A stretch of DNA of 62,172 nt, counting the filler, from Squatina squatina (Eukaryota), in assembly GCA_031763465.1 (NCBI GenBank). It is 4 parts of 4 records of this genome, joined end to end, with 100 filler letters (N's around TTAATTAATTAA, not from the genome) between each part and the next. Parts side by side here need not be neighbours in the genome. Positions count along the whole stretch, not along the records: positions 36,867 to 49,775 come from JARFOE010000080.1; positions 49,876 to 62,172 come from JARFOE010000057.1; 2 more parts are not named here. One strand, 5' to 3'. Under the pieces are notes generated by a model. It ran no database searches, was not told the DNA's origin, and worked only from the letters and a program-made list of their open reading frames with translations. Position numbers and translations under genes: made by a program. Below, piece after piece: positions 36,767 through 51,039 of the stretch; positions within the stretch are counted from its first letter, which is position 1; every line of letters starts with the position of its first letter.

Positions 36767-36866
36767 NNNNNNNNNNNNNNNNNNNNNNNNNNNNNNNNNN
36801 NNNNNNNNNNTTAATTAATTAANNNNNNNNNNNNNNNNNNNNNNNNNNNNNNNNNNNNNNNNNNNN
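36767..36866. other. Artificial scaffold-joining spacer
   Basis: 44 N + TTAATTAATTAA (36811-36822) + 44 N. Confidence 0.95.
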
Positions 36867-38162
36867 TGAGAGGTTGCTATGTTTAATTAAATTCTAAGGG
36901 TGTAAAACAAGATTTAGATATTTGTTTGAAAACAGTACATCAAAATAATCATAAATCGTAACTGAGTTAGATATGAACTACTGTAATGCCGGCTTGGTCC
37001 TCGCGAGTATACTTAAGGTATTGTAAATGTTTGATCTGCAGGCACTATACGAGACAACTAGATGCAATGAAACCTGGGCCAAGGCCTGAACATCGTGGTT
37101 TGAAAAAGCCATTAACTCTTTTGTAGGCCCGGATAGACTAGGTTAAAGATCAAATCCCGTCTTTAGTCCTGCCAGTTTTATTCACTTAAGGCTCATCAAA
37201 ATGTATCGGCTACTTTAAACAAACGAGTCTCAAGAGATGCAGAAATCAAACACTTTTTGACGTCTGTTTGTAGTACTGAATATCACACACAGATACGTAT
37301 GCAAAACTTTTAGAATATTTCATAAGGTGCTTTGAACACATGTGATCAATACATTGAGCTATACAATCTTCAGTGAGGAAAACTACAGTATTGCATTTTA
37401 CAATATGTTCCCACTGGTCCCCATGAATTTATTACTACGTCCCAAAGCACCCACCAACTTTGCCCCAACTGTGATACTAACTCGCTCACAAATGTTAGCT
37501 CAATATGCGGTGTTATTTTTAAGATGTGAAACTGACATGGCTGCAAGATGCGGGTCGATCAACTTTATTGGACAAAAATATTAGTTCGGCCGAGTTGCTT
37601 GGGTCAATGTGTGCAATGCCAAGGGGACAGGAGTAAAATGTTAAAAAAGTGTTTTTCCTGTCAAACATTAATGTAATTTGTAGGAATATACAAATATTGC
37701 AATCTGCTTGTTTATCTTTCCCATTCCAAAATACAGCCTTCTCTCAAATTTATCATTTGCAGAAATATTTTGTTTAATTTATAATTAATTTAATTACACT
37801 GCGAAAATGTAGGTGATTGTGCGTCGTTTACAATATTTTCTGAATTCGCTGAAAATACAAGACTTTATANNNNNNNNNNNNNNNNNNNNNNNNNNNNNNN
37901 NNNNNNNNNNNNNNNNNNNNNNNNNNNNNNNNNNNNNNNNNNNNNNNNNNNNNNNNNNTCGGGTAAATTTTATTTTCAAGTTTTCAGACAAAGTCGGCAG
38001 TTTTTCCATGCACGAAGACTGTAATTTAATATTGGCTCAAAGTTTAATGTCATTTAAAATAATTAAGGAAGGTGACTAATAGAACATGGCTTAACAAACC
38101 ACAAATATCCAAAATAGTTCTGATGTAAACTCTACTATCTTGCAAATATTGAAACAACTTAC

Positions 38163-38299
38163 TTTTGGGTCGATTTTTTTAAATCCTTGGTCATCCTCGT
38201 CTACTTCGAAATAGATTTCTGTGGTGGTGATAGACAAGGTTCCTTTAGCAACTACCACTGGTGCGATTAGCTGAGCTGGAGTACTCAGGACAACGGGGC
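38163..38299 (-). CDS. NBEA: Neurobeachin exon, start of the BEACH-type PH domain
   Basis: TCTACTTGCAG| [46 protein letters not shown] |GTAAGT, 137 nt. Closer to NBEA than to LRBA as I recall them. Confidence 0.9.
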
Positions 38300-41200
38300 C
38301 TGCAAGTAGACATGTAAATCTTTGTTGTCAGTATGGATCCTTGCACGGAACGTGATTTCAAACACACTGGCCATTTAAAATTAATAATTTGAGAAAATCG
38401 GTTTGGCGTGATCATATATGGAAGTTTCTTCATCATAAACCAATGAAGGTACATAGACTTCAAGAATAATTTTAGTGCTATTGATAATCTCTGTGATCTC
38501 ACTATGCAAAAGACTTGTGTACCGCATTTATAAGAATTATCTGTGTAAGATCCTAAAAATATAAACATCTGTTTTATGACAATCTGATGTACATTTTATT
38601 GGTTTGAGCGCCCTGCATAGAGTACCCTGAAAATAACCTGAAAAATTAGCATCCAACGTTTTTATACGTCTCAAAATGATCACAAAACGTACTGCACAGT
38701 ATTGAAACAAACCAAGGGACAGGTTTCTTACACAGACATGTTTGCACTTGGTTAAAATGGCTTACTAGCTTTCAACTAACATTTGTAAATATTTTGGTCA
38801 CTGTCGATGTAACGGAAATATACGTAGGGTCTATTTCAGTTTTTGCTCCATTTTTTAATATCTAGAGGAGGTACTACTATCAGTATTCGTTTTCTTAGGA
38901 TCCANNNNNNNNNNNNNNNTCCATATTATCCATCACATCTAGCCACAACGAGCCAAACTAAAATCTTTACGATTGGTATTTGCTATCGATCGCTACATTG
39001 AACCGCTACTTTAATCTCTCATCAATCTTAATCTGGGTTGCTCAACCAATTATGTTCGATATTGTTGCAAGATTACAAGTGGATTTGGTCTGTATTCCCA
39101 AGGCTCCCCTCTTTTGTGCCCGGAGAAAGCACTGCGTGCAGCTCTTGGTCTTGCATCTTTCAGAAGGGATGCTTACTAATTCAGATCAAATTTTCAGAAC
39201 TTGTCAATGTTAAATTTTTTTCGGAGGGAGGGCGCTTTCCAAAACTCTAATTGCATAGTAACCCAAGCGTTGAACATTTAAAGAGGATACAAGCATTGTA
39301 CTGTATGTAGCCTGGAGGGAATTAGAGAAAGACTGGGACAATATGAGGTTAATCCAGTACAGCAGTAAGAAAGGGATTACGTTTTAATCTCTCATGGGAT
39401 AGTGACTCCATAATTAGGATCCAATATTAAAATGTTTGCATAAAATAATAATCAAATACGCACCTACTTAAAGGTNNNNNNNNNNCAATGCAAGAGTTCC
39501 TTTTTAGCCATATATCTCTGGGCATAAAACAACGACATAGTACGCTCTGAATTTTATTTGAATCCAGCCGTAAATACCGCTAATGGGACCGGCTCTGACC
39601 TAATTTTACGGAAGGCTGAATCCTTCAAATGTGGATGGCATCTGCCGGAATGCGGTTGATGTAACTTCGTAAATGTTTCTGTCTATTTACACTGATACAG
39701 TATATTTTTTGCATTTGAATTGTTTCAACGCCGCATCTCTCATTAATGGACTGCATATATATATATATATAGATATGTATATACATACACGTTGTTTCTT
39801 GTGCCACATATATCAGTGAGCTTAAAAAGATAGGCTGCGAAACCGCCATGTGTATGTGTGTGGCTATAATAGTCCCAATTAAGTTAGCTGGCGTGTAAAT
39901 TTATCCCAAAGTAATACATATGAAGCTGGTATTGGTGAGGCTGTCATTTCAACCCTTTGTTCAAACTAAAATTAACGTTGAAATCTACATAAAACACCAC
40001 CTTTGATGTCTCTTAAATAAAATAATACGGTAGCAGTGGAGTAAGCAGCAGGAGGACTTGCTGGTTTGACACCTGACTACCACCAACATCCACCATTTGT
40101 CTGTCGTTGAGCTGAACCAAATTGGTAGGTTAGAGGTGGGATGGGTATATAGATGTGAGGTGGAAGAGTAAAGCTGGAGATGACTGAAGTATTGATAACC
40201 CAGGCATATAGATGACGTGGGCTAGACAAGAGAAATCAATGGCAAAATCAAAGATTATATGGAGATTTACCTAATTTAGGATTATAGATCAGGAGTAAGG
40301 GACAGGCAGGAAACGGGAAAGGCCAGAAACAAAGATGAGATTGGGTAGGCAATGGGGGAAAAACAGAGCTCTGATGGTGAGATCCGGCCTTGCAGAGCAG
40401 AGGAACAGTGGTAAGACAAGGAAAAATGACCGGAACCCAAGCCCATAGATCACAAGAGGACACAGATCACTTGAAGACACAATGATCCGGCTCAAGCATA
40501 CAGATGTCGCGAGCAGGCGGGAAAGGATACCTGGGGATAACAAAATAATACAGTCCTATGGGTCATGGTTTTCCGCCTCTGCGCTCGCGATTTTCCTGCC
40601 GATTTAAAATGAGAGGGGGGAAATCGCGGGCTATTGCTCGCACAAGAGGATAACCCCGGCCCATAGGCATTAAGTGGAAACGGCAGATTGGAGAACAGAG
40701 AAGGACCGTGAGACTCAGATTTATCTTATCGAGCATGCAGCAGATCAATTATAATCAACAAAGCCAAAGATCTGAGATGGTGAGTCGGGGCCTGGGTCAG
40801 ACATAAAATAATAGATGCACAATGAGAAAATGTAAATAAAAATTAATAAACTTAAAGCAGAAGTGTATTGAGATAATTGACAGGAAAACTTCACTGTGGG
40901 CTGAAATTAGCCTAGTTACTTTAAACTCTAAGAAATACCCAATTATAGTAAAAACACCTAACGTTAAAGGTTTAGTTTGTGGTTTTGAAATTTCCTGTTC
41001 TTCATTCCTTTGACTACACTTGCACAGAATATAATTNNNNNNNNNNNNNNNNNNNNNNNNNNNNNNNNNNNNNNNNNNNNNNNNNNNNNNNNNNNNNNNN
41101 NNNNNNNNNNNNNNNNNNNNNNNNNNNNNNNNNNNNCAATGCTTCCAATTGTTTCGCTGTTTGCATTGGTCTTTTAAGCCAGATTCCAGTAGCCTGGAGT

Positions 41201-42987
41201 CTGGAGTCTGCGAGCTTGCTCCGGCTGTTAAACCAGGGTTCCATAGACGAGTGACAGATGTATATACCTAGTTTTATTTGGGTCGACAGGTCTGACGCCA
41301 GTCTATAGAAAGTGGGTTTAACAGCTTAAATGCAGGAAGCTGGTTCCTAGATGCCAGGCCCTGGGAATTTTACATAAAAGATAAGTATAAAAGGCCCGTC
41401 AGTGTACATGACTATGAAATCTTGTAACTTGTATTCTTCCTAGTAACATTCAGTTCAAATTTAACATATTTGTAACCTTTATAGTGTCTTCTTTCGTGAA
41501 ATAATTATCAACCTCCAACTTTACAGCTGCTCATAATTTTATAACCCTTTCATTATTTGAAATTTATTGCCAGAGAACACTCACTGGACATTGTCAGTCA
41601 CTTTCACACTTAAGTGACCTCTTCTTATTTTACCAGGTCAAAATTCTGCACTGTATTTTCTTTTGAAAACATGACATTCAAGAAGGTGAATGAAACTATA
41701 CTACTATATAAGAATAGAAGTGCTTAAATGGCAATATAATATAATTGTAACTAGGTTAATAAGCCTGTAAGAAACTCTCAATACATTACATTAGTAGCTA
41801 TTATTCAGCAAGATGGGATATCNNNNNNNNNNCAAGGACACTTGTAAGTAAAACACTTACAGCTCCAGCTAAAGACTTGGATCAATATTAATGTGACTTT
41901 CATTTCATGCTTGCCCAACTCCAATAAGCTGACAATATACTCTGATTATGTGAAGTGCCTCCAAGTAACAAAAAGGTTATTAGATTGCAGAAGTGAAAAT
42001 GGAATGGAGTTTTTTTATTGACAGTTTCACCAATAGATTTTACTGATTTTAAGGCTATCTAGCGCAGGGTTGATATTGAATGCAGTCGTTTCCAAAATAC
42101 TAAATAAGGGTCAATGTCAAAAATAAAATAAAACAAAAAATAATAGACTCCTTAAAATAATTATTTTCGTTATTTAACAGAACAAATTTAATTAACAAAC
42201 AATGATCCAGTTAAAGTTTTTTTTACAATGTTTATTTTGTGGGCAGATTGGACAATGAAGCAAAAGATTTTTAACCAGAGGACAGGATAAACAGCAACTG
42301 GAAAGTGAACGTGATGTTTCTGGGCACAGCTGTATCCCCACAGAAAGTGAATAAAAAAGCAGCAGCGATGGCACAGTGGTGCTTCAAGTGGGAAGTCATT
42401 ACTAGGAAATACGAGTGGCAATAAGTGGAGAAAACTGGGGGTGAANNNNNNNNNNNNNNNNNNNNNNNNNNNNNNNNNNNNNNNNNNNNNNNNNNNNNNN
42501 NNNNNNNNNNNNNNNNNNNNNNNNNNNNNNNNNNNNNNNNNNNNNAGAGTAAACTTGCAAGGAACATAAAAGCGGACTGTAAAAGCTTCTACAAATATGT
42601 AAAAAGAAAAAGGGTGGCCAATTCAAATGCCCTGAGTTACTAGAGCTAAGGGACGAATTGTTTTACCAATGATTGGGAGAAGCTGAAAGGGCAATAATTG
42701 GTTGTGTTAGATTTATCCTGTTCTTTTGCCAACAGGACATACCTGGGCCATTTTGCACATTAATAGTTAGATGCCTGTTTCATGGTTGCACTGAAACAGC
42801 TTGGCTAGGAGCATAGCTCTGACACTCAGGTCTTCAGCAATACAGCCAAAACATTGTTAGGGCCCATAGCCTTTGCTGTGTCGAATGGAATGGTCCAGTT
42901 ATAAATAATTTGCAATGAGAACTCATCCCTAACATCCACGAAGAACTAAATATATCTAGAATTTTTTTTTAAATGGTGGAAAAGTAC

Positions 42988-43104
42988 CTTGGACTGTTTA
43001 TTGATAGCCTGTTGCATTCTATTGGAGCTGATATATTTCAAAATCTCAAGAAGAACGTCAGAATTCCCCACATGTGCACAGTAATGCAATGGAGTCTCGT
43101 GTGT
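42988..43104 (-). CDS. TRPN1: Ankyrin-repeat exon, most likely the TRPN1/NompC mechanosensitive channel
   Basis: TTGGTTTTTCAG| THETPLHYCAHVGNSDVLLEILKYISSNRMQQAINKQSK |GTACTT, 117 nt, phase 0/0. ETPLHY.A.VGN..VL.E.L....N..Q.AINK.SK matches fish/frog TRPN1 as I recall it. Confidence 0.72.
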
Positions 43105-43349
43105 CTGAAAAACCAATAAGAATAACATTTCAATAAACTTACGGAGAAAAAAATTTCAAGTTAAACCCCAGAGGCAAAGTTTTGCATTTTACTGATCTCC
43201 CAATGATGCTTTTGGCATAATATTGCCATGAAAAGGGAATTAATCTACCNNNNNNNNNNNNNNNNNNNNNNNNNNNNNNNNNNNNNNNNNNNNNNNNNNN
43301 NNNNNNNNNNNNNNNNNNNNNNNNNNNNNNNNNNNNNNNNNNNNNNNNN

Positions 43350-43660
43350 GTTTGCTCAATGACGACACACCTGGTGATCATATGGCTGTCATTGCGCTGC
43401 TCTTGGGCTTCATTGATGGGGTTCCCTTCAAGGTTTCATCAGCCAAGTTTGAAGGGGTATCCTTTGTCTCCCAACAGCCACCCTTAAGTCTGCTTCCAGG
43501 TCCAAAGAGGTCAGGGAACTTAGACTGCGCAGGATGAAAGCATCATCGCTGCTCCCAGGGAATCTGGCTCACACCTGCAGAAAGTTTTCTTGTGGTTACA
43601 CACAAGCTGACCACTGTTGGAATGGAAGCCTGGCGATTTAAGAATACTCTTGGTTGATCT
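43350..43660 (-). mobile_element. PIF/Harbinger transposase DDE core, pseudogenised
   Basis: Frameshifted minus translation: FLNR.GFHS...QLVCNH..., ARFPGSSDDAFIL, WLLGDKGYP.QTWLMKP, EAQEQRNDSHMITRCVVIEQ. Confidence 0.85.
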
Positions 43661-44409
43661 GGTGGTGCATAGATTGAAAACATTCTGGGAGTGGGCAATA
43701 GCGGATAGATGTTAGCCAAAATGTTTCCGTGATTCTATATTGTGGTTGAAATGATCATCAGTGGGGCTTGTTGAGTTGCAGCACCAGTTAAAATGTTATT
43801 ATGCAACATTGTAATAACATTAGTTGGTTTATGTGCCCATGTGAATGGTATAAATTGGGCTCTGGGATACTCAGTCTTCACAAATTGCCAATTACTGAGG
43901 GCTTCACAAACAAGAGCTAAAGTGTATTCCTAATAAAAGATTACAGATTTTGTACAAGATGAGGGCAGCTTACAACTCATTATTAATTATACTCCAACAC
44001 CGGCGGCAGAATGTGCACCAGCAGACTGAACCAAATCCTTCTTGCATGACAACCTAAAAAATTAGTTCACTCGTTATAATCTCCATGAGGCATGAGGACG
44101 GTAATATAATAATTCTGGAGATCTTTTCTTTGCCATTTTGAAGACTTTATAAATATTTATCTTTATCTATCCCAATTTAAGTTACAATAGAAAAACATTA
44201 ACCCAACTACACATTAATGAGCAACTACACATTCCAAAATCACAAATTTCAGTGTCTGAGATTGCACCATAGTTCTAACCACCTCCTACAGAATATTTAG
44301 GATGAAATCAATTAAGTCTTTTTGGTCCAGGCAAGATAAAATTCCATTCTAATATGGAAGAGCAATACAACCAACAAAGCTTTGTATGTGCTAATAAAAA
44401 AAAGATGAT

Positions 44410-45055
44410 GGGGGAGACATTCACTATCGTTCTGTGTGGGACGCTAATTTTTAAAAGTTTGAAACGATTTCAAACTTATAAAGAAATCGCCATTGGCGAT
44501 TGCGCTCGACTTCCTTCTTGGAGTGTAATCGGCAGCAGGCGGGGCGGAGTTTTCAGCAGCCCTGCACACTGGGCCGTGCAGCGCTGGCATGTTCAATGGC
44601 TCCTTCCCTCCCTTAAAGGGAAGGGCCATGGCTGCAGGGTCTGCAATGTAAAAGGGTCCTACCTGGTGCACCAGGGGAGCAGCAAACCCACGCGACCAGC
44701 CGCGGCACTCAAGCAGAGTGTTGGACTGAACGATCGCGGGCAGGAACACGCGAGAAAAAAAAATGATAACAAGAAAGGCATGTTTTTTTTTCAAACTTAA
44801 CTCGCTTTCAATCATCGCCCCGGTAGCGGCCGGACGCCCGATCCCCGCCTCCTGCAGCTGTCGGCGCTTTCATTCGGCGCTGCTGCAGGGGCGCGTGAGT
44901 CAATTTTGGGTCCGGGGCGCTACCGGGGTGGTGCGTACGCCGATGACTTCACGATCTCCCGTCACAGGCGATCGGAGCGCAACGCCGTAGCGCTGCCGCA
45001 AAACCCCTGCCGGGGGCTCTAACGGGAGCCCGCAAGGCTTCCAATTTCTTCCCCC
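44410..45055. mobile_element. CpG-rich non-autonomous DNA transposon (Harbinger-like)
   Basis: Sharp-edged GC/CpG-rich block with imperfect inverted ends GGGGGAGACATT ... AATTTCTTCCCCC. Confidence 0.55.
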
Positions 45056-48000
45056 AAAATGTCACAACCTGCAGCGAGGAATTCGGAGCTGAAAGGGTTA
45101 ACCACAAGAAAGCCATTTATTTATTTCTGACTACCGACTCCCGGTTAGCTGACCGCATAACTGTTCCACGGTTCAATCAGGTACTTAAATCAGCTGAACA
45201 TCGGGAGGCCACCAAACATGACCTAACCTTTATAATTAGTGGCTGCTTTTCCTTCTTTGCACAATCTGACNNNNNNNNNNNNNNNNNNNNNNNNNNNNNN
45301 NNNNNNNNNNNNNNNNNNNNNNNNNNNNNNNNNNNNNNNNNNNNNNNNNNNNNNNNNNNNNNNNNNNNNNNNNNNNNNNNNNNNNNNNNNNNNNNNNNNN
45401 NNNNNNNNNNNNNNNNNNNNNNNNNNNNNNNNNNNNNNNNNNNNNNNNNNNNNNNNNNNNNNNNNNNNNNNNNNNNNNCTTATTCAGTTGGTTAAAAAGT
45501 TTGGCTGTTGTTTGAAAAACAACCCATTTTTCAATATATATTCTAAGCATATAAGACTGAATGCGACAAAACAGTGAAATAGTATACATGGAGCATTTTT
45601 CCCATTTATATTAAGTACACTTTGCAGGAAATAGAAAATTCCAGTTGCAAATTTAAAAGCAAAAAGGCATCAATGGTTATTGGCAGGTTAATCCTTGTAA
45701 ATACTCTGCTGATGTACTGTTTTCCCATTTCCACATTTTGATATGTATTCAATCCTCATTCATATAAAATTCGGACAAAAATGACTTTTTTGCATTTATT
45801 TCCGTGACAATAAAGAAGTATTAACAAACTGAACTACCCTGAGCCACTAGGCAGCACAAACTGCTATCCACATAAATCAGAGCAAGACCATTAACAAATA
45901 CAGCATCAAATTACATTTATAAATGGCACAGCTTGCCTCCTTTTACAGTGTTTTTTAACAAGGCTTGTAAATCATGCAATGGGACCTCAAACCAAACAGC
46001 ATGCAGTTTAATGACTATAGTCCCTCTGCAGACTGAACTTGGAACTATAAAATATTGCTTTACTTGAGGTTGCAGAACCATGATTAAAATAATGTGTTGA
46101 AATATTCATTGAAATAATTCCCACAGGCAAAAAGCAACCTGAGAAAATTGCAATTTTATTCATTATTAATAAAGCTGAATTAGAGCTCAAAAAGTTCTAG
46201 CATGTGGTAATTGTCTGGATAAATTATTATTACAACATTAGTGAAGGTCTTGGACAATTTTATAGCTTGCAATTAACTCTTTCATGGCTGAGGAAATTTT
46301 GTTTCTGAAGTACAAACTTGTTTTCCACTACAGTTTCTTTACCAAAAATATTCCATTGCAGGAAATAGGTGTCAATGTGTGGGTACATAGTTTGCCCTCT
46401 GTGATCTAGATTCAAGTTTCAGACAGAGAGGCTATTAGGGTTTTCACATTAAAGCAACTTTCTTTGTAGGGGAAACATGGCACAAAGCTACCTTCACATT
46501 TAGTACCAGTTCAGGTGCCATCGATAGCCTTACTCAGCTATTGGAGGGAAAAAAGCTGGAAAATGGGATGTTACACTGCAGTAGAGGAACTTTGGTGAAA
46601 TTACAATCACGGTGTTCTGATAAAACAAATGGTGAGTCTCCAGCAAATCACTGTTATCTGTCTCCTGCTGGATGGCCAACATCCAACNNNNNNNNNNNNN
46701 NNNNNNNNNNNNNNNNNNNNNNNNNNNNNNNNNNNNNNNNNNNNNNNNNNNNNNNNNNNNNNNNNNNNNNNNNNNNNNNNNNNNNNNGAAAAACTGTTTA
46801 ACAACTATGTTTTAGGTTAAGGCACAACTGTCACAAAATTAAGAACCTTTACAATATTGCCAAGGACCTTTTGATGCTCCTGCTAAGAAGTGAACTGCTG
46901 AGCTAGAAGACTATGTGTAAATACCTAAAACAGACAGGATGATAAAAGTCCTGCATTGAAGTTATTACACGGTGCTGTACAAATATAATGATTTGAAAGC
47001 TCTAAATTTCTTTCTGCAATGGGACATGGGAAAACACTGCTCTTCTTACTATATACAATTCCTATATTAACACAAAACATTAGGTCTGGTTTCTGAAAGA
47101 TTAGATTCTATATGCTGAATGTTTGATTATGGTACAGCCTTGAAATATCACACACTTTATCATGTCTGCCTTCCTTTCATCTTTGATAATTATTTCTGAA
47201 TATCTGTAATGACCCAAACACTGAATTCAAACCACAATAAATCTTCAGGCTATAACTCAGAATGACAGACTATTCATCAGTAAGGCAATCTGTAGAAATA
47301 ATTAGCTCCCTTGACTTTCACTTCCTACTTACCAATTGTACACAATGACAAAAATATGGTAGTCAAGGTTTATACAAAGCAGGCTAAATTTATTATTCAC
47401 ATCGCCAATCAATCACTGCAAGGCATACTTGAAAACCTAATTTGCTGTTGAATGTTGATAACCACAAACTGCCAGGACTGTNNNNNNNNNNNNNNNNNNN
47501 NNNNNNNNNNNNNNNNNNNNNNNNNNNNNNNNNNNNNNNNNNNNNNNNNNNNNNNNNNTTGGTTTTTTTTGTAATCATTCTTTTCCCTAAGGAACTAGCT
47601 CAGTCTATCATAACTGTGTGTTTAAGTGGTTTTCTTTTTCCTTCTTTTTAAAATGAGAAAGTCTCATGTACACTTAATTTACTGCCCCAGGTATGATAAA
47701 CTGCCTGACATGCAATGGATTAAAATTCTCTATTTGCAGGAAATGTTTTTTACTCATTTTATGGTTTTCTTCTATAAAAGACTGAACACCTACTAAACAT
47801 ACAATGTGGCTGTTATAAAATGACATTAAAAGTTTCTGACTGATTGCATGACAATAACAGTGAAACATGGAGGTAGAATGTCAAGCTGTGCTATTACGGG
47901 TTGTTACGGGTATTTAGGAATGCTGATTTACAAAGGGAGAATAAATGGAGCTATGGACTATTATGAAGCAACCTATGAAGCCCTCAAATCTAAAGCTCCC

Positions 48001-49775
48001 TCTAGGCTATAATATTTCTTTATTCACTACAACAAAGATCAACTGAGCATGTGCAACTGGCATGGGAATTATTCCATGCACAATCAAGGTCAAAGTTCTA
48101 CAATGTCCATATCAATTTGCGTCCTTAATCTAACAAAACTAGTTATGAACCATTACATGAAAAAGAATAAAGCTGGAGGCTGGCATATCTTATATTAAAT
48201 GTCTCCATTATGTACATACAAAATATTCCATAGGGGGGAAATCTTTACTGGAGCTCAATTTGAATGATTTGAAGATCACAATGTATAGAAAATGTCTGCA
48301 AACTTAGTTTTAGCTCCAAATCAAAACTTTTTTTAATGCACAGAATTTCACAGATACTGCAATACTGCTAATAATTAGATTAAAAGTAATCGATAACAAT
48401 CATTACCTCCATGTTTTCCCCAATTTCAGTTTAAGTGCATTTACTAAATTGTAGATATTTTTATATGAATATGAAAACTATATTTTAAGTAGCAGCAGTA
48501 GTTCTTCCTCCTCCTCATTAGCTGCATTGGTAGTATATGGACACGCAAAGTAGTGTACCACACAGTAAGCAATACAACCCATAGATTAAGTTACTCAGTA
48601 TTTTACTTTTCAATTGAAATGCAGAATACATTTTTTTAAGAGATTGGCATTCTTGCTTAATTTCAACATTGTACATACAAGTAATCAATGGAAATAAAAC
48701 CATCATGAAAGTGAGGTACAAATGGATTCCATATAATTTTTTTTTTTTAAAAAGAGAATAGGGATTGGAAATAATTTGCACCAGAATGCTTACAGTGAGA
48801 TGCCAACGAGAACTGATTAAAAACATGTACATTGTTAAAAAGCAGCATTCATATTTAAGGCTTCCTAACTACAGATTAGCATCTGGCATGTGATGCCAAT
48901 GGTAGAGTGTGTTATTAACCAGAGGTCTGAGGTCATGCACCTAGAATTTGGAGCTCCAATATGAAATAAGGTATTGATTTCACATCTGTTATTATTTCTC
49001 AAACTGGATAGAATAATTGGGAGTCACAAAAGCAGATCTGGAGGATGGAGGGGGAATTGCTTTGATGAACAAGAGATTGGATGAGATGACATTCAGGGAA
49101 ATGACAAAAATGCAATCAAAGTGATAAGATGTTATTGGAAGTCAGTAATAAATGTTTTTGTATTTGTGCAAGAAGTGTCAGGAACTTTGGAATCCAAAGT
49201 ACCTGATTAGCAAAAATACTGACATTGTTGATATCTTACAAACATGCATAATATGGGTAAGACCTAAAATATTTTATGAATTGCTCTACAAATATAGATA
49301 CGTTGGCCTGAATTTGCTGAAAACTTGTGGCATCTACAGTGTACGCCATTATTATGGTGCAGAAATTCAAAAAAATTATGCGTGAGTGACTTATGCCATT
49401 ATGTACACTACGCCATAACTGGATGGGACTTTTGCGCTCCTCCACACTTACTGTGGAGGCACTTATGGAAAAAGTTGACAGCAAATTATCATAGCTCTGC
49501 CCCATTACAATCAACGACGAGATCAAGCTTGATAAATTAGTGGCACTGCAATCGCCACAATCATTACAGAATTTTATTGAAATCTTAAACCTCAATTAAG
49601 TAATAAAATAAGTGTTTTGACAGCCAGGCATGTTCTGATTTTCTCTCGACTGATATTTTTATATTAATAAATTATTAAGCTTGTGTGCTAAGCATTGATT
49701 GCAACTGGTAATGGAATATGGCTAGGAATCGCATGCAGTTTGGAAGACAGCCCTACGCATATGGGTCCCTTCTTA

Positions 49776-49875
49776 NNNNNNNNNNNNNNNNNNNNNNNNN
49801 NNNNNNNNNNNNNNNNNNNTTAATTAATTAANNNNNNNNNNNNNNNNNNNNNNNNNNNNNNNNNNNNNNNNNNNN
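49776..49875. other. Artificial scaffold-joining spacer
   Basis: 44 N + TTAATTAATTAA (49820-49831) + 44 N. Confidence 0.95.
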
Positions 49876-51039
49876 TTAAATGATTCCATTGTGTTCCACT
49901 ATGACCAACACCACAGGATATATTGTACATAAAAAATGTAACATCTTTAATATAATAAAGCATTTCTAGGGGATCAGAACACTCTAGAAATGCATGTGTG
50001 AAACATGTGGCTATGTCAGGAAGGAGTGTGTACAATTCTAAATTTTCTGCTTCTACTCCCTCAGTGAAAGTGAATGGAAAATGATTGGGTCTAGTAGAAT
50101 ATAGTGCTTAGACCAAGTCCATAGTTGTTTAGAGTTGGCTGTGGCATCAGAATAAAATCAGTTAAAATACCATTCAAATCTTTGAACCTCATTGTCATCA
50201 GCTTGTTTAAATCTGTGTTTTGCTGTGAGTGTCAGAAATCTTCTTAGATCTCAAACTTGCTTTTACCTCCTACTGTTAGCTGTAGGTTATTTTGTGGCTG
50301 GATCTTTTATCTTAGCAGAAACTGTTAGATAGTGTAGTGCACTTTTCATTTCTATGAGAGTGGGACAGTTCTGTAGCAATTGAAGAACAGTGAGTGATGA
50401 TTACAGTTTTTGTCAGGCAGCTTTTATTTCCTACACATTTACCAAATATGACCCAACTTTGATCTTTGTTTCTTTAGGAAACAGAATACAAACTAGTACA
50501 AAAATGCTGTTGGAAACAGAACGTTTGCTGTTAGCCTGGGGGTAGAGTATTGGACAGATTTGTCTATCCTTTGTTTGATTTTACAGTATGNNNNNNNNNN
50601 NNNNNNNNNNNNNNNNNNNNNNNNNNNNNNNNNNNNNNNNNNNNNNNNNNNNNNNNNNNNNNNNNNNNNNNNNNNNNNNNNNNNNNNNNNTCATGTGGGT
50701 ATGTAAACAAGTCAATTAAACTAAACCTGTTAAGAATTTTAAAAGCCTGAGGTAAGTGATGAAAGCAACTGATGAAATATGAAGAGTGAAACGAATATTG
50801 CAGAAGTTACTGGAAAAAAAAATCCCTGAAAATCAGTTTGAAGTTCCACAAAACACAGAGGAAAAATATCCTTTTATCCAACACTGAAGGGAATATCAGA
50901 GATGCAAACTGAATACAGATCACATCAGCTCCATTCACTGGGCATCAGACTGCATTCAAACCTCATTAGAGCACGGCCCTGAGGATTCAAGTATTGTGTG
51001 TTATAGGGGTACATGCAGCAGTGAATCCAATAATATTAA

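Noticed and set aside
39990-40860. Possible LTR or endogenous retrovirus fragment
   Set aside because: Composition is unusual, but I found no TG...CA ends, primer-binding site, paired LTR or coding motif.
44410-45055. CpG-island promoter
   Set aside because: Sharp edges with inverted termini and no adjacent first exon favour a DNA transposon.
49152-49540. ORF with faint MADF/Myb-like start (LCKKCQELWNPKY) and a GTGAGT near its end
   Set aside because: Similarity is limited to a few residues and I cannot extend it. It may be a decayed transposon gene; an HMM search would be needed.
50478-50545. Possible small exon after TTTGTTTCTTTAG (..KMLLETERLLLAWG)
   Set aside because: No recognisable protein match and no convincing donor site.
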